Made by a program: the position numbers and the translations under genes. From Chloroflexota bacterium (lineage in GTDB: Bacteria; Chloroflexota; Anaerolineae; Promineifilales; Promineifilaceae), in assembly GCA_018004935.1 (NCBI GenBank), contig JAGNBF010000014.1, forward strand, positions 1-32,466: a DNA stretch of 32,466 nucleotides, read 5' to 3'. The notes beneath the pieces were generated by a model, which was given only the letters and a program-made list of their open reading frames with translations, made no database searches and was not told the origin of the DNA. This document shows, piece after piece, positions 8,124 to 15,146 of the stretch; position 1 is the first letter of the stretch, and each line of letters begins with the position of its first letter.

Positions 8124-8427
8124 ATTTCCTATTCGACTCTGGCGAATTTGTACACAACCTCTGGACGTAGCACAGCCTTTCCAGGCGGTGTGTTCTCTGG
8201 TAAAACAAAAAACGCCAATGACGAGTTTCCTAGAAAAAAAGGGAACTCCAGGAACTGAGAAAAACTCATAGGATTGGAGATTAAATAACTTGAACATTTG
8301 CTGTGGCCGGTCTCCTGACCGTGCCACTTCCAGCGAACAAGTTATTTAGTTCTCCTTCCATAGGAACTCACCCCAGTTCCCATGAGTTTCCAGAGTTCCT
8401 ATGAGTTCCCACGTTCAGGAGTTTTCC

Positions 8428-10254
8428 ATGTCCGAAACAAACATCCCCTACGAACAGTCCGACCTGTACCGCATCCGCCACTCGGCCGCTCATGTCATGG
8501 CCGAGGCGGTCAAAGAATTTTTCCCGGAAGTAAAACTGGCAATCGGGCCACCCATCGAAGATGGTTTTTACTACGACTTCGACCTGGGCAAAGACGAAAA
8601 CGGCAAACCACGCACCTTCTCGCCCGAAGATTTGGAGAAGATCGAAGCCAAATTCAAAGATTTACTCAAACAAAACGCCAAATTCGAGCAGTCCACCATG
8701 ACGGTGGAGCAGGCGTTAGCCCATTTTGTTGATCAGCCATACAAACTAGAACTCATCCGCGACCTGGCGGCGGGCAAAGTGGATGAGATGGGCAACACTA
8801 CGGCCGTGCCTGCCCAGGAAGTCGGTATCTACCAACACCGGCAATTCACAGACTTGTGCCGGGGGCCACATGTCGGCTACACATCCCAGGTCAAGGCCAA
8901 CGCCGTGAAAATTTTGCGGGCCAGCGGGGCCTACTGGCGCGGCGATGAGAAAAACCCACAACTCCAGCGCATCTACGGTACGGCCTGGCCGAACAAAGTC
9001 GAATTAGACGAATATTTGCAACGGCTAGAAGAAGCCCGCAACCGAGATCACCGTAAATTGGGCAAACAACTGGGACTATTCCACATCTCCTCCCTGGTCG
9101 GTTCCGGGTTGCCCTTGTGGTTGCCCAAAGGAGCCGTTCTGCGCGAAGAGTTGGAGAGGTTTTTGCGTCAGGCACAACTAGAAAGAGGGTATCTGCCCGT
9201 CATCACGCCCCACATCGGCAAATTGGATTTGTACATTACGAGTGGGCATTATCCCTACTACAAAGATAGCCAGTACACGCCCATTGATGTGGACGGGGAA
9301 CAGTTCATGCTCAAGCCCATGAACTGCCCCCATCACATCGAAATCTACAAAAGCGAACCCCGTAGTTACCGGGATTTGCCCCTGCGTCTGGCCGAATTTG
9401 GCACGGTCTACCGCTATGAGCAGAGTGGTGAGCTAAATGGCCTGACGCGGGTGCGTGGTTTCACGGTAGATGACTCTCACCTGTTTGTCACGCTAGAACA
9501 GCTTCAGGAAGAGTTCATCGGCGTCGTCAGCCTCATCCAGCACGTGTTTAACACGATGGGCTTCCATGATTTCCGCGCCCGCCTGGGGACGAATGATCCT
9601 AACAGCGACAAATACGCTGGAACGCCGGAGATGTGGGCACAGGGCATTCACGCCATTCAGCAAGCCGCCGACAAAGTGGGCATGAATTACAAAGTAGAAG
9701 CCGGTGAAGCCGCGTTCTATGGGCCAAAACTGGACTTCATCTTCCGTGATGTGTTGAAGCGGGAATGGCAACTGGGTACGGTGCAGGTGGACTTCTTGTT
9801 GCCGCAACGGTTTGACCTGGAGTATACGGGTGAAGATGGGCAAAAACATCGCCCAGTGATGATCCATCGTGCCCCGTTTGGCAGTATGGAACGGTTTATC
9901 GGTATCCTTATTGAACATTTCAATGGGGCGTTCCCGCTATGGCTCTCACCAGTGCAGGCGATGATTGTCCCGATTACGGATCGGCATAATGAGTATGCCC
10001 GGCAAGTGGCAAATGAGTTGCGGGTCGCCGGTCTGCGGGTGCAGGTGGATGAGAGTGATGATCGGATGAACAAGAAAATCCGCAATGCCCAGTTGTTGAA
10101 GATTCCGTACATGCTGGTTATTGGGGATAAGGAAGCGGAAGCCAATGCGGTAGCTGTTCGGACGCGTACGGGTGAAGATCGGGGCGCGGTGTCTGTGGCC
10201 GAGTTCAAGGCTCAGGCGGTGAACCTGATTACCACGAAGGGTATGGAGTTGTGA
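8428..10254 (+). CDS. thrS: Threonine--tRNA ligase (ThrRS) lacking the N-terminal TGS domain
   Basis: 'RHSAAHVMAEAV' is the editing-domain HxxxH motif. It also has a class II catalytic core and a C-terminal anticodon-binding domain. AGGAG lies 6 nt upstream of the ATG at 8428. The ORF track begins at 8401 in the same frame. Confidence 0.9.
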   Translation: MSETNIPYEQSDLYRIRHSAAHVMAEAVKEFFPEVKLAIGPPIEDGFYYDFDLGKDENGKPRTFSPEDLEKIEAKFKDLLKQNAKFEQSTMTVEQALAHFVDQPYKLELIRDLAAGKVDEMGNTTAVPAQEVGIYQHRQFTDLCRGPHVGYTSQVKANAVKILRASGAYWRGDEKNPQLQRIYGTAWPNKVELDEYLQRLEEARNRDHRKLGKQLGLFHISSLVGSGLPLWLPKGAVLREELERFLRQAQLERGYLPVITPHIGKLDLYITSGHYPYYKDSQYTPIDVDGEQFMLKPMNCPHHIEIYKSEPRSYRDLPLRLAEFGTVYRYEQSGELNGLTRVRGFTVDDSHLFVTLEQLQEEFIGVVSLIQHVFNTMGFHDFRARLGTNDPNSDKYAGTPEMWAQGIHAIQQAADKVGMNYKVEAGEAAFYGPKLDFIFRDVLKREWQLGTVQVDFLLPQRFDLEYTGEDGQKHRPVMIHRAPFGSMERFIGILIEHFNGAFPLWLSPVQAMIVPITDRHNEYARQVANELRVAGLRVQVDESDDRMNKKIRNAQLLKIPYMLVIGDKEAEANAVAVRTRTGEDRGAVSVAEFKAQAVNLITTKGMEL

Positions 10255-10563
10255 GCGCCTGTTGGGTTAGGTTGTGCGCCGTTTTTGTGGTTATGAAGTG
10301 GGATGGGCGGGAGATGGGTCACAGTGCATAAGGCCTGAGGGCTTGCTCGCAAAATAATGTTTGAGTTTGCTGTGGCCGATCTCTCGACCGAGCCACCCCA
10401 GGGGCAGGAAACTTTTTTGGGTGCCGTTTTCCGGGGCGAAAGTCCCGAAAAACGGCACTGTTGAACGCCCCTTCTCGTGGGGAATTGTAGGGGGATAAGT
10501 GTCTTTTGTGGTGTGGGCCAGCACCCTGATAGCCTGAACTTAGCGAAGGTTAGCCCTGTATAG

Positions 10564-10612
10564 AAAAAACAGGGGTAACGGCGGACTGTTGTTCGCCGTT
10601 ACCCCTGTTTTT
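10564..10612. terminator. Bidirectional rho-independent terminator between convergent thrS and csp
   Basis: aaaaaa-caggggtaacggcg-gactgttgtt-cgccgttacccctg-ttttt forms a 14-bp perfect stem flanked by an A-run and a T-run. Confidence 0.75.
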
Positions 10613-10641
10613 AAATGGGCCGGAAGGCAGGTTTTCCTGTC

Positions 10642-10881
10642 TTAACCGAATAAACCACGTTTAGGCTTCACTTCTTGGGCCTGGGGGCCTTTGCCTTTGT
10701 CTATTTCCAGATACTCAACCTGGTCTCCCTCGTAAAGGTTCCGATAGCCGTCCCCTTCGATGGCAGAGTAATGGACAAAAACCTCACCACCGCCTTCTTC
10801 TGATTCAATAAAGCCATAACCCTTCATCCGACTGAACCATTTGACTATACCACGTTTCCGAGACACAGATGTTACCTCCAC
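10642..10881 (-). CDS. Cold-shock protein (CspA family, S1-like cold-shock domain)
   Basis: 'GIVKWFSRMKGYGFI' and 'FVHYSAI' are the RNP-1/RNP-2-like motifs of Csp proteins. The product is 79 aa. Confidence 0.85.
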   Translation of the reverse strand: MEVTSVSRKRGIVKWFSRMKGYGFIESEEGGGEVFVHYSAIEGDGYRNLYEGDQVEYLEIDKGKGPQAQEVKPKRGLFG

Positions 10882-11187
10882 TACGATTGAGTTACCGATA
10901 CAAGAAAGAAAGAAGCTCGTCTGCGGCCGCAGGGTGTTGAGCTAGTTACCAATACTGTTGTTTACCATTACATCGTCAGAACTGCTAACAATCTAACATG
11001 AGGCCAGGGGGTAAGTCAATCGTTGCGAATGAGAATAAACGTATCCTTCACACATAGCGTGAGTAGAGCGTGAAGGGTTTACTCATAGCAATGGGGGGGT
11101 GTTTAGCCCTATTATCAGCGGTTAAATGATGGTTATCTGAGCAGAAAATATATTTCCAATATTGCTTTGTGAAAAAAATCACCTAGT

Positions 11188-11216
11188 TTGACAGGGGCTA
11201 AAAAAAAGAATATGAT
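11188..11216 (+). promoter_or_regulatory. Near-consensus sigma70 promoter: TTGACA, 17-nt spacer, TATGAT
   Basis: tTTGACAggggctaaaaaaaagaaTATGATgc. It lies ~390 nt upstream of the flotillin start. Confidence 0.4.
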
Positions 11217-11602
11217 GCTTTACGTTCTCTGCTTAAGGTGTGAACGAATAAATAATGCGTGGCATAAACACACCTGTGGAGGCGAAACATGATCCACAAC
11301 AGTTCCCCCCCCTGACGCTTAATCCCCTTATTCACAGCAACTGCATGGACGTAATACGTCAGACAGGTTTCTTTGAAACTGTCACGATTGCGCTTTGCCT
11401 GTCTGCTTCTTAATTGGACGTAACGATACACGTCAAAAACCGGGTTTTTCTTTTGTAGGGCATGAACTGGCCCAAGCAAAAACCTGGTTTCTCCAGCGAG
11501 GCTGTATAGTTACATCGAAACATTGTTTTTGTTAGCCAACCTGATTTCAGAGCGCAACTGGTAGGCTCCTTTTTAGTGTCATGCGCCCTAAGGTGTAAGA
11601 AA

Positions 11603-13426
11603 ATGGAAACGTTTATTTTAATTGCGGTGTTTGGCTTTTTTGGGCTGATGCTGGCCCTGATTTTTGCTAAACAGTTACTAGGCCTGGTGATTATCAACGA
11701 ACGGGAAGTGGGTATTGTTGTTAAGAAATTTGGTACGCGTCTGGCGGCCGGGCAATTGATTGCCCTGAAAGGCGAAGCCGGGTATCAGGCGGATACGTTG
11801 CCCCCAGGCTGGCACTTTTTCTATTTTCCCTGGCAGTTTTCGGTGCGAAAAGTGCCTATGACGATTATTCCGCAGGGGCAAATTGGTGTGGTTGTCGCGG
11901 CCGCGGGCAGTGCCATCCCCTCAGAACGTATCCTGGGCAAAATCGTCCTCTGTGATAATTACCAGGACACCCGTAAATTCTTAATGAATGGGGGTGAAAA
12001 AGGACGGCAATTAGGAATTCTGACCGCTGGTACTTACCGTATCAACACCGCTTTGTTTACCGTCATTACGGCGAATAATGCGCAACAACAGGGCATGGCC
12101 CCAGAATTGCTCCAGGTCTATGCCGTACAACCAGATCGGGTCGGTATTGTAACGACCCTGGATGGGAAATCCATTGACGAAGGTGAGATTGCCGGGCCGA
12201 TTCTTTATGGGCATGATAACTTCCAAAATGCTCAAGTTTTTCTGAACCAGGGGGGGCGGCGCGGTCTGCAAGAACAAGTCCTGCTCTCTGGTTCGTGGAA
12301 CCTTAATCCCTGGTTTGTTAGTGTCGAACAGGTTCCTATGACCCAAATTCCCATCGGCCATGTGGGGATTGTGATTGCCTTTGTGGGTAAAGCTCATGAA
12401 GATGTGAGTGGTAAAGGGTTTAAACATGGCAACCTGGTGGAACCCGGCCACAAAGGGGTGTGGGTGACTCCCCTTTACCCCGGTAAACATCCCCTCAACT
12501 CCCGAGTGATGAAGGTAGAACTGGTACCCACAACCAATATTGTTTTGAACTGGGCCACTCGTACCGAATCTCATAACCTGGATGCCAAACTGGCCCCGGT
12601 AACGGTACGCTCTAAAGACGGATTTGCCTTCAATCTGGATGTGGCCCAAATCATTCACATTGGGGCCGAAGATGCCCCAAAGGTCATTTCTCGCGTGGGG
12701 GCGGTGCAAAATCTGGTGGATCATGTCTTACAACCGATTGTCGGGAACTATTTCCGTAACTCGGCGCAAGAGTATACGGTGTTAGACTTCCTCAGTGCTC
12801 GTAGCGAACGGCAAAGAGAAGCCACTGAACACATTCGCCGGGCCATTAGTGCTTATGACGTTCAGGCGTTGGATACACTCATTGGTGATATAACGCCACC
12901 GGCGGAACTGATGAAGACCCAGACGGATCGGAAGATTGCTGAGGAAGAGCGCAAAACGTATGATGTGCAGAAACTGGCGCAAGATCAACGGCAGGAGTTG
13001 GTCCGGGCAAATGCGCTGGCCAATATTCAGCAGGAGATGGTTACATCGGAGCAAGGTGTACAAATTGCTGAACTGAAGGCGCAGGCGGTGATGAAAGAAG
13101 CGAAGGGTGATGCCGAAGCAACACGCTTGAAGGCGTTGGGTGAGGCAGAGGCTATTCGTACCACCGGTAAGGCGCGGGCCGAAGCGTATCTGGTGGGTGT
13201 GGAAGCGCTGGGGGTTCAAGGCTTTACGACGCTACAGATGATGCAAATTATTGGGGAGCGGCAGGTGCGCATTGTGCCAGATGTTTCAGTAACAGGGAGC
13301 GATGGTGCTGGCCTGGTTGAAAGTTTGTTGGGCATGACGTTGCGTAATCAGGTACAAGGAGGACAGTTGCTGAAGGAAAATGGTGGTAGTAGTCCGCGGC
13401 CGCAACTCAGCAAAACAACTGAGTAA
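11603..13426 (+). CDS. SPFH/band-7 flotillin-like protein (FloT/YqiK type)
   Basis: It has an N-terminal transmembrane segment and an SPFH core. The C-terminal half is Ala/Glu-rich coiled coil ('KAQAVMKEAKGDAEATRLKALGEAEAIRTTGKARAEAYL'). AAGGTG lies upstream of the ATG at 11603. The track ORF starts at 11576. Confidence 0.8.
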   Translation: METFILIAVFGFFGLMLALIFAKQLLGLVIINEREVGIVVKKFGTRLAAGQLIALKGEAGYQADTLPPGWHFFYFPWQFSVRKVPMTIIPQGQIGVVVAAAGSAIPSERILGKIVLCDNYQDTRKFLMNGGEKGRQLGILTAGTYRINTALFTVITANNAQQQGMAPELLQVYAVQPDRVGIVTTLDGKSIDEGEIAGPILYGHDNFQNAQVFLNQGGRRGLQEQVLLSGSWNLNPWFVSVEQVPMTQIPIGHVGIVIAFVGKAHEDVSGKGFKHGNLVEPGHKGVWVTPLYPGKHPLNSRVMKVELVPTTNIVLNWATRTESHNLDAKLAPVTVRSKDGFAFNLDVAQIIHIGAEDAPKVISRVGAVQNLVDHVLQPIVGNYFRNSAQEYTVLDFLSARSERQREATEHIRRAISAYDVQALDTLIGDITPPAELMKTQTDRKIAEEERKTYDVQKLAQDQRQELVRANALANIQQEMVTSEQGVQIAELKAQAVMKEAKGDAEATRLKALGEAEAIRTTGKARAEAYLVGVEALGVQGFTTLQMMQIIGERQVRIVPDVSVTGSDGAGLVESLLGMTLRNQVQGGQLLKENGGSSPRPQLSKTTE

Positions 13427-13464
13427 TCCCTCATGATAACGTGTAAAAATTTGCCCAGGTTGAA

Positions 13465-13508
13465 AAAATAAAAAAAGGCCGGTTTCTGCAAAGAACCGGC
13501 CTTTTTTA
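13465..13508. terminator. Bidirectional rho-independent terminator downstream of the flotillin gene
   Basis: aaaaaaa-ggccggtt-tctgcaaag-aaccggcc-tttttt. Confidence 0.7.
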
Positions 13509-13519
13509 TTCGCTTCTAT

Positions 13520-13680
13520 GTAACTGTTCAGTTGTGTCAATTCAGCTACCATCCCGCCCGGTCGTTTTACGACTGGCTATGGCGACAAAGGCCGTTGACC
13601 TGGTGTTTTAGCTTGTAGGGCTTCGTCCATTGAGTCTGGCAGTTTGATCGCCGGGCGGGGTAACTGAACACGTATACCTG
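13520..13680. repeat. Family-C MITE-like element (~140-160 bp) with terminal inverted repeats (TIRs) GTAACTGTTCAGTT...AACTGAACRCKTAC. Other copies are at 2525-2640, 16895-17040 and 24780-24920. Fragments are at 18215-18260, 30275-30320 and 31500-31560.
   Basis: The shared core is cccgcccggtcgttttacgaccgggcta(c/t)ggttacaaaggccg(c/t)tggcctgg(g/t)gttttagcccgca.ggc...agcccggcggtttgaccgccgggc.ggataactgaacgcttaca. Internal perfect stems are ccggtcg/cgaccgg and gcccggcgg/ccgccgggc. Confidence 0.8.
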
Positions 13681-13823
13681 TATACACAAAAGTCGGGGTT
13701 TTTGGGAATTCAGGGGGTTGACACCAGATGTACGGGCTGGCCTTGTGCCTGCCCCGTGTAGGACAACCGCAAAGGTTGCCCGTATCCCACGAAATCCGGA
13801 AGACCCAAAAGTCGTAAATCCCT

Positions 13824-14531
13824 TTACCCACCCGAAATCTGAATCAGGTTTACCAACGCATCCCGATCGCGAATGGTGAAATGGCGACCACTGACATCTA
13901 CCCATTTAGAGCGCCGGAAGCGCCCTAATGCTTTGTTGATACTCACCCGTGTTCCCCCGGTCATTTCTGCCAGGTCAGTTTGGGTCAGGGAAATATCAAT
14001 CTCAATGCCATTTCCGGCCGGTTTGCCATATTGATCGGCCAACCGCAGGAGGGTGCGGGCCAACCGTGCTGGCAGATCCAAAAAGAAGATATCACTAAGC
14101 TGATTGTTCAAAACACGTATGCGGGTCGCCATTACCGAAAGGACGTGATGGGCAATCCCAGGGGTGTTATCCAGAAACAAGTTGAAGGTATGGCCATCCA
14201 GGGTATACGTTTCGGTAGGTTCGATGGCTTCAGCGGTTGCGGAGCGGGGGGAAGAATCAAGCAAGGAAAGTTCACCGAAGAAATCTCCTGGCCCTAAGAT
14301 TGCCAGGAGTGCTTCTTGCCCATCTGGGTTGCTGTAGGAGATTTTTACCTTACCACTGGTAATAATGTAGAGTAGACCACCCGGATCACCCAGGTGAAAA
14401 ATGATCTGGTCGGTGTGGAAACGACGCAGAAGCAGTTTTTCGGCAAGTGAAGCGGTTTCTTCAGCATTCAGGCGGGCAAAAAATGGCACCTGTTGTAAAA
14501 CATGGGCCGCAGTTTTCTTGGGCTGGCGCAT
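13824..14531 (-). CDS. Crp/Fnr-family transcriptional regulator (cNMP-binding domain plus C-terminal HTH)
   Basis: 'GDPGGLLYIITSGKVKI...GELSLLD' is a cNMP-binding fold. 'TQTDLAEMTGGTRVSINKALGRFRR' is an HTH. GGAGGA lies 10 nt upstream of the ATG. Confidence 0.85.
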   Translation of the reverse strand: MRQPKKTAAHVLQQVPFFARLNAEETASLAEKLLLRRFHTDQIIFHLGDPGGLLYIITSGKVKISYSNPDGQEALLAILGPGDFFGELSLLDSSPRSATAEAIEPTETYTLDGHTFNLFLDNTPGIAHHVLSVMATRIRVLNNQLSDIFFLDLPARLARTLLRLADQYGKPAGNGIEIDISLTQTDLAEMTGGTRVSINKALGRFRRSKWVDVSGRHFTIRDRDALVNLIQISGG

Positions 14532-14639
14532 TGTTCCTCATTCCTCCATTTTCCTGTGTGATCAGGAAATGCACCACCTACTTTAACACAAATTCTATGA
14601 CCTATGCCAATTTTCTTGCAGAAATTGTAAGGGTGATGG

Positions 14640-15115
14640 TCTACGCGGATTTCCCCCACCCCTAACCCCGCCCCCAGGGGCGGGGAACTTTTAGTGGGCG
14701 TTTTTCGCGGGCATTCGCCCGCGAAAAACGCCCACATTGTTTTTTCCCCTTCCTGCGGGGAATGGTTAGGGGGATGGATTATGGGGCGTGCGGATTTTCT
14801 CTGCCTCTAATCCCGATCCCAGGGGCGGGGAACTTTTAGTGGCCGTTTTTCGCGGGCATTCGCCCGCGAAAAACGCCCACATTGTGTTTTTCCCTTCCTG
14901 CGGGGAATGGTTAGGGGGATGGGTTATGGGGCGTGCAGATTTTCTCTGCCTCTAATCCCGATCCCAGGGGCGGGGAACTTTTAGTGGGCGTTTTTTCCCC
15001 TTCCTGCGGGGAATGGTTAGGGGGATGGGTTATGGGGCGTGCGGATTTTCTCTGCCTCTAATCCCGATCCCAGGGGCGGGGAACTTTTAGTGGGCGTTTT
15101 TCCCTTCCTGCCGGG
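14640..15115. repeat. Array of 4 tandem family-A units (~146, 144, 114 bp, then a truncated unit). Units 1-2 carry a 17-bp-stem hairpin. Units 3-4 have it precisely deleted.
   Basis: Each unit begins ccaggggcggggaactttt. The hairpin is gggcgtttttcgcgggc-att-gcccgcgaaaaacgccc at 14696-14733 and 14841-14878. Units 3-4 read ...gggcgttttttcccc..., lacking the hairpin. Confidence 0.85.
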
Positions 15116-15146
15116 TGTTTGTTGAACGGGTAAGGAATGTTCGTGT

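Noticed and set aside
11198-11697. Two overlapping minus-strand ORFs (93 and 95 aa) between csp and the flotillin gene
   Set aside because: They are AT-rich relative to the genes here and overlap each other. They have no RBS and lie where the csp leader and flotillin promoter/leader are expected.
13567-13905. ORFs 13567-13905(-), 17984-18169(+), 28016-28339(+) sharing 'GVRATLVVAPH.GTRPARTS'
   Set aside because: The shared peptide is the translation of the family-B repeat. There are no RBS and no consistent ends. They are artefacts of the repeat.
14532-14640. CRP/FNR-type operator upstream of the Crp gene (tgtgatcaggaaatgcac)
   Set aside because: Only one half-site (TGTGA) is recognisable, with no matching TCACA partner. 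It is too weak to call.
14640-15115. CRISPR-like array
   Set aside because: The period is ~145 bp with no unique spacers. Units are near-identical copies of the family-A element.
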